Positions 19,626 through 28,823 of a DNA stretch of 64,000 nucleotides are shown here, piece after piece. Position 1 is the first letter of the stretch. Every line of letters begins with the position of its first letter. A program made the translations under genes and the position numbers. This stretch comes from Desulfomonilia bacterium (GTDB lineage Bacteria > Desulfobacterota > Desulfomonilia > UBA1062), in contig CAXXDQ010000007.1 of the NCBI GenBank assembly GCA_963664325.2, positions 352,001 through 416,000 of the forward strand, written 5' to 3'. Below the pieces are notes generated by a model. It made no database searches, was not told the DNA's origin, and saw only the letters and a list, made by a program, of their open reading frames with translations.

Positions 19626-20003
19626 TTATATTACCTGACCTGACGGCCATAAGCGGTCTTCGTAATCCTTCGTGAAGCCGGGCGAATTTGCCGTCAGGTA
19701 TTCCAGAACTTCGTTTCCTGTATTTCTAATACCATGCCTTTTATTCGGGGGTATATGAACAGCGTCTCCTGCAATCATTTCCCTGGTCTCATCTTCTATT
19801 ATCATAAGACCTTTTCCTTTAATGATGTAATAGCACTGCTCTGGATCATGGTTATGGACCGGCTGCTCCGATCCGACAGGGATCTCCGAAACCTGCATTG
19901 AAATACCCCGGCTCATCGAAATACCTGCGCTTATAAGCATCCAGGACTTCAGTGCCGTCAATTCTCCCGTGTTTCTGGAGTTGCCCCTGTTGAAAATTTC
20001 CAT
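19626..20003 (-). CDS. Cupin domain protein
   Basis: PVHNH.PEQCYYI..G.G and GD..HIP....HGIRN. Confidence 0.88.
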   Translation of the reverse strand: MEIFNRGNSRNTGELTALKSWMLISAGISMSRGISMQVSEIPVGSEQPVHNHDPEQCYYIIKGKGLMIIEDETREMIAGDAVHIPPNKRHGIRNTGNEVLEYLTANSPGFTKDYEDRLWPSGQVI

Positions 20004-20025
20004 ATATCCCTCCGAAATAAGCCTG

Positions 20026-20305
20026 TCATATAATTTCCAGAAATTCTTTTGTAGTCAGGACCCTGGCAAAAGGAGCCTTTAGAGAAGCCATAAAGGCGTC
20101 TTGAACAGCAGATGCCTTTATAGTCCTTACTTCATACTCGGGATCCTTTGTTGCGCAGGCGTCGGAAATCACGCTGCAGGCATATCCGAGATCAAAGGCG
20201 GCCCTGACAGTTGCATCTATGCACATATGGCTCACCGGCCAACTCCATTCTTCCTCTTTTGAAGTAGTCATTCTGGACATCGACAACGACCAGACCTTTT
20301 TTCAT
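20026..20305 (-). pseudogene. Isochorismatase / cysteine hydrolase pseudogene (internal deletion plus frameshift)
   Basis: ATG 20305 frame gives MKKGLVVVDVQNDYFKRGRMELAG; another frame continues SHMCIDATVRAAFDLGY..DACAT; the middle of the domain is missing. Confidence 0.85.
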
Positions 20306-20351
20306 TCATTTCTCCGTTCACTCCGTCCGGCATTTAGATATCAGGCCTTAT

Positions 20352-20780
20352 TTAGCCGCCTGCAGGATCAAGAATCGCCATGGTGGCGCTTGCCTTTGAC
20401 ACCAGACGTTCTTCACCTAATGACATGCAAAAAACCTCTGACTCAACAAAGGAGAACTTTCTCCCAGGTTTTATAACTCTGGCCCTGCAGATCAGCCGAT
20501 CGCCTTTCGCGGCCCGCAAAAGGCTGATCTTAAACTCCACAGTCATGACATGCAGCCCTTCCTTTGCCAGTGTTCCTGCCGCTGCACCTGCCGTGTGGTC
20601 GGCCATGGTTGCCTGGACTCCTGTATGTACAAACCCGTTCTGCTGCAGGTGGCGAGGCTCCAGGTTGAGCAAGGTCACGCATTCTCCTTTTCCGAACGAT
20701 TCGAGTTCCAGGCCCAATTCGACTATGAACGGAGCACTTCGGAAAAGCTCCCTGAAGGTGCCATGATGATTATCATTCAT
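20352..20780 (-). CDS. PaaI family thioesterase (hotdog fold)
   Basis: HLQQNGFVHTG..ATMAD; TVEFKISLLR. Confidence 0.9.
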   Translation of the reverse strand: MNDNHHGTFRELFRSAPFIVELGLELESFGKGECVTLLNLEPRHLQQNGFVHTGVQATMADHTAGAAAGTLAKEGLHVMTVEFKISLLRAAKGDRLICRARVIKPGRKFSFVESEVFCMSLGEERLVSKASATMAILDPAGG

Positions 20781-21485
20781 AAATTACCCTCCATCAGGTA
20801 CCTGCACCTGAGATATTCTATGCCGACATCAGGAACCAGCGAAATCCCAGGCTTGGCCAGCAGCTCAATAAAGCGGGCTCCTTTCGAGGGGTGAAACAGG
20901 TTGGACGAAGCACTGCCCTTTATGGCCCATGCCGTATCAAGTCCGCGTTCAGTCCCGGCCATTGCCAGGACTTCCTTGCCCTCCGGAATCACTCCGGCAT
21001 CGACAGCCATGAGAACACATTCCAGACAGACCAGTGTCCCTGTTTGATATCAATTCCAGGGTCTTTGCCATAAGGTCGAGACCGGTAACCTTCTGAAGAT
21101 GCACGCGCATGGAAAAAGTAGGGCCGAAAAACGGTATGGTGCCCTGAACCACCCTGACTTTCATTTGTTCAAGCCGTTTTCTGTTCCCCGGAGCAATCTC
21201 CATGGGCACTCTTGTCAACCCTTGTTCTGCCCATTCGTCCCGGATCTGCCCCAGTTCCGGGATAACATTAAAAGGCCCCTCAGCCATCTTGCCGACTTCC
21301 CAGTTCATCCCCTGAGGACATGAAACACAGATTATTTCTCTGTCCTTTATTTTCTCCGCCAGCCTGAGCGCGGAATCTCCTGTGATTGAAGCCACCACCA
21401 GATATTCATATTCGGAGGCAGCGGCCGTGACAATCTCTATTACTTCTTCCGTGTTGACAGGCCCGGGCCTTTTGAAAACTTTCAT
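20777..21485 (-). pseudogene. Pyruvate kinase C-terminal-like (PK_C) domain protein, frameshifted
   Basis: F..PG..NT, VVASITGDSA N-terminus; one extra A at 21043-21045 separates it from GTLVCLECVLMAVDAG..AGTERGLDTA. Confidence 0.75.
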
Positions 21486-21549
21486 AAAACACCCCTTACC
21501 CTTTTAAATTAGTGAAACTTGGTACACAACGAGCCTGCTAACCGGTTCA

Positions 21550-22077
21550 TTATTCAGGCTTGTCCGGGTCAAGAGCCTTGCCGGAAACCGCTGGTTCCTG
21601 CGGCTTCATACTGCTGATCACGAGCAGCAGCATCCCCGCCATGATTGCGACATCGGCGGCATTGAATACACCCGTGCGCAACCGGCCGATACCGAGGTTC
21701 ATAAAATCAACCACGCTGCCGCGGTATGCGATACGGTCCAGCAGGTTGCTGAGACCGCCGCCGAGCACCAGGGAAAAAGCAATTACGGTCTCTGTGTTGA
21801 TCCTGGATGAAAGCAGAAGATAGCAGAAAACAAGAACCAGGAAACAGGAGACTCCGCCGATAAATATAAGCCCCCTCCATTTTTGGGGAAGAGATGCTCC
21901 GAGACTCAGGAAAGCCCCGTTGTTTTCAGTATACTGGATCCTCACAGAATCCCCGAAGTAGGATAACATTATTGAATGCGGCAAAAAGGATTTCACGATC
22001 GATTTCGAGGCCTGGTCACAGCCGATACAGGAAACAACGATCAGCAGTATAAGAAGGGTCTTCTTCAGTCTAGCCAT
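21550..22077 (-). CDS. lspA: Lipoprotein signal peptidase II, accessory copy
   Basis: DQASK, NNGAFLS, GGLSNLLDR, VVDF, FNAAD; start MARLK after ggagg (alternative 22092). Confidence 0.9.
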   Translation of the reverse strand: MARLKKTLLILLIVVSCIGCDQASKSIVKSFLPHSIMLSYFGDSVRIQYTENNGAFLSLGASLPQKWRGLIFIGGVSCFLVLVFCYLLLSSRINTETVIAFSLVLGGGLSNLLDRIAYRGSVVDFMNLGIGRLRTGVFNAADVAIMAGMLLLVISSMKPQEPAVSGKALDPDKPE

Positions 22078-22245
22078 TTTTCCTCCGTTCATTGTCTGTT
22101 CCCTGCAGATGAGCGCTCTTTACGTCAGCCCTTGAATAAAAATATCACGGCGAACCGGCTGACGCAAGCAGCGCCGGATAACCTGATATAAGAAACTGGA
22201 CCTGGAGGTTTTATAAGGTCTCCTTCCGTAGGCATTCCACGCATG

Positions 22246-22563
22246 CTACAGATAATCCTTCCTGGGCGGACTGAAGAAGTCCAGCACCTCACCCGGCTCA
22301 ATGATTAAAATGCGGTGCTCCACATCACGGGGAATGGAATATGAATCACCGGGGCCTATCGTATGCTCGATATTCGCGAATATGATCCTGTATTTGCCGG
22401 ACAGCACATAACCGCTCTGTTCATTTGCATGTTTATGAAGCGGAACATCATCTTCTTTCTTGTAAATCATTTTAGTCACCATTGATTCAGGACCGTGCGA
22501 GAGCAGGACAAAGTCAACTCCCAGGAAATTTCTTCTCTGTGCATCATTCGATTTAACTACCAT
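22246..22563 (-). CDS. Cupin domain protein
   Basis: PLHKHANEQSGYVLSG, GDSYSIP...EH, FSPPRKDY; ATG after aaggagg. Confidence 0.88.
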   Translation of the reverse strand: MVVKSNDAQRRNFLGVDFVLLSHGPESMVTKMIYKKEDDVPLHKHANEQSGYVLSGKYRIIFANIEHTIGPGDSYSIPRDVEHRILIIEPGEVLDFFSPPRKDYL

Positions 22564-23057
22564 ACAGCCTCCTTCGGCAAAGCGCTTGCCTGTTTCTTTA
22601 TCCGGCCAGCCAGAACACCCCCAAAAATGAATATCGGATACCCCACTCCTATCTCTGAAATGAGAACGGTTTCGCAAAGCGCCCCTGGAATGTCCGGAAA
22701 CATCTGCATGATGATCGAATAACCGAGAAACGTCGAAGAACCGAATGCCGAGCAGAAAACGACTGCCCCCTGCTGTGCCCTGCTGAATTTGAGCATGGCA
22801 CTTGTAACCCAGGCCAGGGCGATGCATAAAATTTCCAGACCAAGCATGACAAGGGCCGGAACGGCCTCTTCCGGCTTGATGGTCTGTCCTGCCAGACTCA
22901 CAAAGACTATGGCCGGCAGACACAGGTCGGTGACGATGCGGGCGAGGATCAGGGAATGCTCTTCTGTCAATACGCCTTTTTTCCGCAGAATAATGGCCAG
23001 TACATAAATAAGCGCAATGACCAGGACTGCGTTTATAAGACTATGAAAAACATTCAT
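22557..23057 (-). pseudogene. AEC (auxin efflux carrier / malate permease) family transporter, N-terminal half only
   Basis: LPAIVF, FGSSTFLGY motifs; 166 aa versus about 300 aa typical; C-terminus runs over the cupin RBS. Confidence 0.65.
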
Positions 23058-23295
23058 GAATTAGCCTTCCTTCCTCAAACTCTGTGATTCTTTAAATATC
23101 CTATAAACCATCAAACCAGTCCGCTCAAGATTGATTGTCCCGGAATCCAACTAATACTAAATGGTAGCAAGGAAGATGGAATCCCCTGAAGGCAGAGGCA
23201 TTGTAACAGGACCGCCGTATATTAATGCAAATAGTTATACGGAAAAAAATATGTTAGATAATCATGATAATTAATATTCCTGCAAGGAGGTGAAC

Positions 23296-23976
23296 ATGTA
23301 TCATCTCATCCCGGTTCCTTTCGCCGTTGCCGGTATCGTTATTTACTGGTGGGCGCGCCAGCACAACGACCTGGCCACGGTAGCGGTGGTCCAGCCGGTT
23401 ATAACCATACTGTGTATTGTCACGTCCCTGCTCTCTCTCACACGTCCCGGCACAAACCGCAAACTCACGGCATGGCTCTGTGCAGGCCTCGCAATCGCCC
23501 TGTTGGGCGACTTCCTGAACCTCAACATGACCGATCCGGCCGTCGTTATAAGAGGCCTTGTGATCGCCATCATCGCCTACATGACCTATGCCGTAGGACT
23601 CACTGTCATAAACGGTTTTCACAAGGAGGACCTGTACGTCGGTGCGGCGGCTATTGTCGTATATGCAGGAGTCATGTCATACCTCTGGCCTTACCTGGGC
23701 AGCATGAGGATTCCCGGCCTCATCTACGGACTGGTGCTTCCCTTTGTAGTAACCAGGGCCATTTCAACATTTTTCGGCGACAAAATATCGAAAGCGCAGG
23801 CAGTATTCCTCACTGCAGGCACTGCAATGCTCTATGTCGGGGACGTCGAGTTCGCGCTGCATACCTATTCCAGGGTTGTGCCGATTCTATTCGGGCCGTT
23901 CCTTTATTCAGGAGGCCAGCTCATGATTGCGCTCAGCGCATCATACGGAAAGATAAAGGAAAACCGGAAAGCTTAA
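23296..23976 (+). CDS. YhhN / lysoplasmalogenase family membrane protein
   Basis: GLAIALLGDFL, LWPYLGSMRIPGLIY, GTAMLYVGD, YSGGQLMIALS; multi-TM; ATG after aggagg. Confidence 0.75.
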   Translation: MYHLIPVPFAVAGIVIYWWARQHNDLATVAVVQPVITILCIVTSLLSLTRPGTNRKLTAWLCAGLAIALLGDFLNLNMTDPAVVIRGLVIAIIAYMTYAVGLTVINGFHKEDLYVGAAAIVVYAGVMSYLWPYLGSMRIPGLIYGLVLPFVVTRAISTFFGDKISKAQAVFLTAGTAMLYVGDVEFALHTYSRVVPILFGPFLYSGGQLMIALSASYGKIKENRKA

Positions 23977-24085
23977 AAAATTTACAGGGACCTGTTCAAG
24001 GTCTTAAGGGTTTTGTCCTCATCGCCTCTTCTGTATGGACAAGAAATACTTTGTTCATACAAAGACTGCCGATCGGGTCATACTT

Positions 24086-25153
24086 TCACTGCTGTTTCAG
24101 GTTCTGGTCAAAAAACCGGAACATCTGATCGTTGCGCTCGGCGGTATGATAGTTGAAGGAATGGCCGCAGACGCAGCCCGGAGAGCCATCACGGCAGAAA
24201 ACAACCTCCTGTTTTGGTCCCTTGAGTTTGTTGAAAAATGGCACATGCTGCGAGGCATAGGGCACGGTCCTGTCATCGGCACCTATTATCATCATGATGG
24301 GGGCATCGTTGTAAATTAAAGTGCCGGGGCTGGACTGGTAATACGGGCTTGCATAGGCAAACACCCCGTAAGGATGAGGACTTCCAGACTGTACAACCTC
24401 CTGTATGCAGCTCCCTGTATTGTAATCGCAATAATGGTCGTGTTCAAAATCGCAATCCGAGCCCAATATCCCGCTATAGGACAGTACCGGGTCAGGGTTC
24501 AACAGGGACATGATGTAATCCTTGGGGCTGGAATAGTCGTCCTGAGACTCGAAGTATTCGGAAAGATAGTGGGTCGCACCGGCCAGCGAACAGACAGCCT
24601 GAACATCACCGAGGGCGCTGTACTGGTAATAAGGATTGTGCATGGTGCTGTTGGTCAGGCCCACCATCAGGGCCGTGTGCGCACCGGCCGAATAGCCGGC
24701 CACGCCGATAGCGTTGGATTTCACGATCTGATTCAGGTTGTAGTAACGGCCGTTGAAATAGATGCTCTGGCCGCTCCGGAGCCATTCAATTGCTTTCCTG
24801 GCGTCGCTCAGCTGTTCCGGCCATACCCTGCCATTGGCATTCCCGAGATATGGCGTCAGGTGATAATCGATTGATACGGCTATATAGCCTCTTTCGGCGG
24901 CATCCCGGCATTCATTGTAAAACTGGTTATAGTCCCCCGAAACATACCATCCGCCATGGATGAAGACAATCGCCGGATACGGCGCCGCTGTCAGGTTATC
25001 AGGCAGTTTCAGAGCCACGTTATGGTAATGCATGGGACTCTGCATGTCGTTCTTGTACATGGTCACAACATCCCAGTCCTCATTGCAACCAGAAAGCCCC
25101 GCTCCTAAACAAATCAACAGAACTGCAATTATAAAACGATATGATTTCATCAT
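24086..25153 (-). CDS. Alpha/beta hydrolase (HSL-type esterase/lipase) lipoprotein
   Basis: Lipobox LSGC; IHGGWY, GYSAGA, D.TVP, terminal GH. Confidence 0.85.
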   Translation of the reverse strand: MMKSYRFIIAVLLICLGAGLSGCNEDWDVVTMYKNDMQSPMHYHNVALKLPDNLTAAPYPAIVFIHGGWYVSGDYNQFYNECRDAAERGYIAVSIDYHLTPYLGNANGRVWPEQLSDARKAIEWLRSGQSIYFNGRYYNLNQIVKSNAIGVAGYSAGAHTALMVGLTNSTMHNPYYQYSALGDVQAVCSLAGATHYLSEYFESQDDYSSPKDYIMSLLNPDPVLSYSGILGSDCDFEHDHYCDYNTGSCIQEVVQSGSPHPYGVFAYASPYYQSSPGTLIYNDAPIMMIIGADDRTVPYASQHVPFFNKLKGPKQEVVFCRDGSPGCVCGHSFNYHTAERNDQMFRFFDQNLKQQ

Positions 25154-25451
25154 AGCCGCAATCCCCTTGTGGACATATACGTTTATTCAACATATCACAA
25201 AACAGTACTTCCGTAAATTGAAACTGATGCGGTAGAACCTGCGATGGATATCAGATTATTTCTTTGAAACCTGATGAACTCTCCGGCGTTCTGTCATGAT
25301 CCGGTTGAAATCACGGGCAGAACGCATGAACACCACGCATTCCTCCTTACACTTCTTGCATGAGAGTTGAGAACAGTCCTGATATATGACTTCATACCCG
25401 GCAACCCATCCTCATTGACAACACTCAAGTTCCAGATCTAATGATGTCATC

Positions 25452-26441
25452 ATGAAACGGATTCTTATACCCGTACGGCATCACCCCGGGCGACACTGTG
25501 CAAGCACGGCCCTGTGCAACATGGTCGGCTTCCATGGCATGTCATTCTCAGAGGCCCTGTGCTTCGGCATCGGCGCAGGTCTCGGGATATGGTATCTGGA
25601 AACAGGCGCCACGAAATCAGGCCGGATGATCCATGTCCGCTCCGCAGACATCGAGGTGCAGTTCTTCAGGCGGATGGGATATGATTTTTCCTGGCAGCAG
25701 TTCAAGCAACCCGAAGAGGCAGAAAAGGCCCTGTGCGCAAACCTGGACAGGGGACTGCCGTCAATCGTGCAGACGGACATATATCACCTTCCATATTACG
25801 GCTCTAAAACACATTTCCCGGGCCATGACGTCACGGTCTGGGGCTACGATAGCCAAGACGGGACCTTCCTCATCACCGATACTGAAAGGACAGGCCTTCT
25901 GGCCGTCCCGTTTGATGACATGCGCAAGGCCCTCTATTCCCGGAACGGGTTCTTCACCATGGAAGGCAACCAGTTCTCGCCCGAAACCCTAATTCCTCCT
26001 GACGATATGCCGGGGGTAATCCGCAGTGCGATCGTTCACAACAGCCGAGTGATCCTCTCCCCTGTACACGATTTTCAGGGCCTAGCGGGTCTTGAAAAAT
26101 GGATGGGAGAACTTGACCGGGTATGGCCCGACCTATCCGACTGGAAGTGGACCGCCCGCTTCGCTTATCAGGTCATAGAGCGCAGGGGCACCGGGGGCGG
26201 AGGTTTCCGGCTAATGTATGCGGACTTCCTGAAAGAGGCTGAAGCCTGCTGTCCCGAGGTTAAAGCCCGAGGTCTTCATGCTGCCATGAATGAGGCGGCC
26301 AGTGCATGGACATGGCTGGCCCTTGCGCTGAAAGACGCTTCGGAACAGGCTGCTCCTGATTTCAGTTGCGTGCACGACAGTCTCATGCAGGTCCACAAGT
26401 TCGAATCTGCCTATCACCGTGAGGCCCGGGAACTCAAGTAA
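25452..26441 (+). CDS. BtrH N-terminal domain / DUF4872-type protein (papain-like Cys hydrolase)
   Basis: GRHCAS, SEALCFGIGAGL, DIYHLPYY, HFPGH..VWGYD, GTGGGGFR.MYADFL.EA. Confidence 0.82.
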   Translation: MKRILIPVRHHPGRHCASTALCNMVGFHGMSFSEALCFGIGAGLGIWYLETGATKSGRMIHVRSADIEVQFFRRMGYDFSWQQFKQPEEAEKALCANLDRGLPSIVQTDIYHLPYYGSKTHFPGHDVTVWGYDSQDGTFLITDTERTGLLAVPFDDMRKALYSRNGFFTMEGNQFSPETLIPPDDMPGVIRSAIVHNSRVILSPVHDFQGLAGLEKWMGELDRVWPDLSDWKWTARFAYQVIERRGTGGGGFRLMYADFLKEAEACCPEVKARGLHAAMNEAASAWTWLALALKDASEQAAPDFSCVHDSLMQVHKFESAYHREARELK

Positions 26442-26525
26442 AGGAAGAAATTGGGCGGTCACGCTTCATTATTCAAATCTACATGGACCAAGGCCAAATA
26501 TCCCTGATTATCCTTCAGCATATGC

Positions 26526-27077
26526 TCATCTGCCGCCGGATTGCATTTCTTTTAATGAAGCGAGAAAGCGGCCGTTTTGCATGAAACGCTTGAATGAGTC
26601 GTCCACGGCGGGGTCCGGAAAGGTTTCGCCGGCCATCATGTTATTTTTGTACCTGTATGCTTTTCTCAAGAATGAAATCGCATTCTCCATATCGTTCATC
26701 TCAGCATAAGCACATGCCAGGTTGTAGTAGAACATCGGATACTCTCCATCTCTCGAAAGCCCGTATTCGAATGTCTCCTTCGCCTTCTTGAGATCGCCGG
26801 AAATCCCGTAGGCCATGCCCAGGTTGTCAACCAGTATCCTCCATGAACGCCTGTCAAGGGTGGGATTGGCTTTTTCCATTTCCAGGGCTTTGCTGTATGG
26901 GATGACTGCTGTGGCGAAGTTGTCCTTAAGGTAATAATAGCTGCCCTGGCGGAGCAGTTCCATGACTGCGGCTGAAGGTTTCGGGTTTTTCTTTACAGGT
27001 TCGGCATGAACGGTCAAACCGACTGACATCGAAGCCGCCAGCAATACCGCACAAGCCCGGAGGAAATTTTTCTTCAT
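26526..27077 (-). CDS. Secreted TPR-repeat protein
   Basis: Signal peptide ..VHA; NLGMAYG, YYNLACAYA TPR motifs; start after aagga. Confidence 0.8.
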   Translation of the reverse strand: MKKNFLRACAVLLAASMSVGLTVHAEPVKKNPKPSAAVMELLRQGSYYYLKDNFATAVIPYSKALEMEKANPTLDRRSWRILVDNLGMAYGISGDLKKAKETFEYGLSRDGEYPMFYYNLACAYAEMNDMENAISFLRKAYRYKNNMMAGETFPDPAVDDSFKRFMQNGRFLASLKEMQSGGR

Positions 27078-27205
27078 ATAACGCTCCTTTGACAATATTA
27101 ATTAATCATATTGAGGTTCATTGCAGATAGTTTATTTATCAATTTCAAAGACAGACACAGCTTGCATATAAATGTTCCTTGTAATTCAAGCAAGCTTGCC
27201 TTGGA

Positions 27206-27697
27206 TCAGGACCGGGCGCCTTTTGTCAGTTTGGGCAGGAAACGGCCCGTATTCTTCTGATACTCAACGTATGTCTCCCCGAAAATGTCAATCATCATTC
27301 TTTCTTCATATTTTACCATGAAGTGCCATACCGGGTGCAAAAGCGCAGCCCAAAGGATAAATATGAAGCTGTTTAGATAGACAGCCAGTCCAAAGTCGAA
27401 TACCGACAGAAATGCGGCGTACAGAGGATGACGGAAATATTTGAATGCGCCGGTGGTGATGAGCCTGTTGCCCCTGTCGGCAGCGGGCAGCGATTTAACG
27501 CTCCAGACAATCATGGCCAGCGTTATCAAAATAGAAACAATGAATATCGAGTTCAGGAGAAGCCGGTTGTTCGATATACAGGGTAGATCAAAACGCCTGT
27601 TGAGCCAGACTGCAATAAAAAAAAGAACAAGGCTGATCATCAGCGCGATTGGGCCGCTGCCAAAAATCTTATTGAATTTCGTGGAGTTCTTTCCCAT
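27206..27697 (-). CDS. Isoprenylcysteine carboxylmethyltransferase / PEMT family membrane methyltransferase
   Basis: LITTGAFKYFRHPLY, EE.MM...FGETYVEY...RFLP. Confidence 0.88.
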   Translation of the reverse strand: MGKNSTKFNKIFGSGPIALMISLVLFFIAVWLNRRFDLPCISNNRLLLNSIFIVSILITLAMIVWSVKSLPAADRGNRLITTGAFKYFRHPLYAAFLSVFDFGLAVYLNSFIFILWAALLHPVWHFMVKYEERMMIDIFGETYVEYQKNTGRFLPKLTKGARS

Positions 27698-27756
27698 TTT
27701 TCTGCCAATATATTATATGCTGAAGTGAACCGTATAACTTTCTTTTCACAAGTTAA

Positions 27757-28266
27757 TTATTTCTCATTGTTCCCTGGATTCCGGTCCCTGTTCCTTGTTG
27801 ATCTGAGTATCTCGGGAAGTATTCCGAACTCGTGCCGGGCATGTTCGTTCAGTTCAGATTCCAGGTTCCTCGGAATAAACAATTTTATTATTGGATCCAG
27901 TACCGAAAGGATTCCTTTGAAGCCGATTAAAAGAGAATGCTTCAGGATAACATCATTATTTTTCTGTTCCGTCTGCAGGACAAGCTTTGCAGGCAGCAGG
28001 ATCAGTTTCTTCATCTGCCATCCGATCATTTTATCGGGAATATAGTCGGAGATGACGGCATGAAATTTAAGTCTTATAGGGCCGACAAATTCATCAAAAT
28101 ATACCAGACTTCCTATGTTGCCAGGTTTGTGATCAAGTTCATGAAATGTTATATGGGTTCCCGGCCACCAGTTATTATATTCAGCATCCGTGCATGTGAT
28201 CATAAAATCGATTATCTGATTTGAAGTAATGCCTGCCACTTCGATTGTCGTTGTGTATTCGATCAT
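27757..28266 (-). CDS. Hypothetical protein, possible SRPBCC/START fold
   Basis: Y..WWPG.H, FDE.VG, C-terminal helix; weak resemblance only. Confidence 0.55.
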   Translation of the reverse strand: MIEYTTTIEVAGITSNQIIDFMITCTDAEYNNWWPGTHITFHELDHKPGNIGSLVYFDEFVGPIRLKFHAVISDYIPDKMIGWQMKKLILLPAKLVLQTEQKNNDVILKHSLLIGFKGILSVLDPIIKLFIPRNLESELNEHARHEFGILPEILRSTRNRDRNPGNNEK

Positions 28267-28366
28267 GGGCCGAACATTATCTCAGGCCATTTGAATTTTC
28301 AAGCGTGAACCACTGTGTTTTTTAGATGTGCGCAAGTCGTTATCCGCAATGCCGTTTAAAAGGACC

Positions 28367-28768
28367 TTATCCGCCTTGCCGCCCGGGGCCTGCCTTTACG
28401 CAGATGAATGCCGCCACGAACGCCTCCAGAAGGCTGAACGGAATCGCATATGCAAGGATGGATACGGGCAGCACTCCAAGATTCCAGATGACGAGCCACA
28501 TCAGTACGAAAGCCATGATCCAGCTTATTATCGCGGTCATGACAAGGCCGTATCTTCGTGATATCAGGTAGACCGCGACAGCGAACACGAATCCCCAGGT
28601 GACCCACACCATGCCGTTTACGGGTTTTGACGGGAAGACCATGCCAAGTGATTCATAATGGCCGGTCCAGTAGCTTTTGAGCAGGACACTGTTCCTCAAG
28701 AATTCGCATGCATTGACCCACAACCCTGCCAGAAAGATTGAAACGGAGACTTTTATTTTCCCCTTCAT
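28367..28768 (-). CDS. Hypothetical membrane protein
   Basis: 4 TM segments; EFLRN, FPS.PVNG.VW..W; ATG after ggagg. Confidence 0.7.
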   Translation of the reverse strand: MKGKIKVSVSIFLAGLWVNACEFLRNSVLLKSYWTGHYESLGMVFPSKPVNGMVWVTWGFVFAVAVYLISRRYGLVMTAIISWIMAFVLMWLVIWNLGVLPVSILAYAIPFSLLEAFVAAFICVKAGPGRQGG

Positions 28769-28823
28769 CGAGCCTCCCTTCCCTTGTGTTATGACGCTCA
28801 AAAGGCGGCGCACAAAAGTTTCT

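Noticed and set aside
22564-22923. 225-aa ORF extension of the cupin
   Set aside because: Alternate frame of the AEC gene; the cupin starts at 22563 behind a strong RBS.
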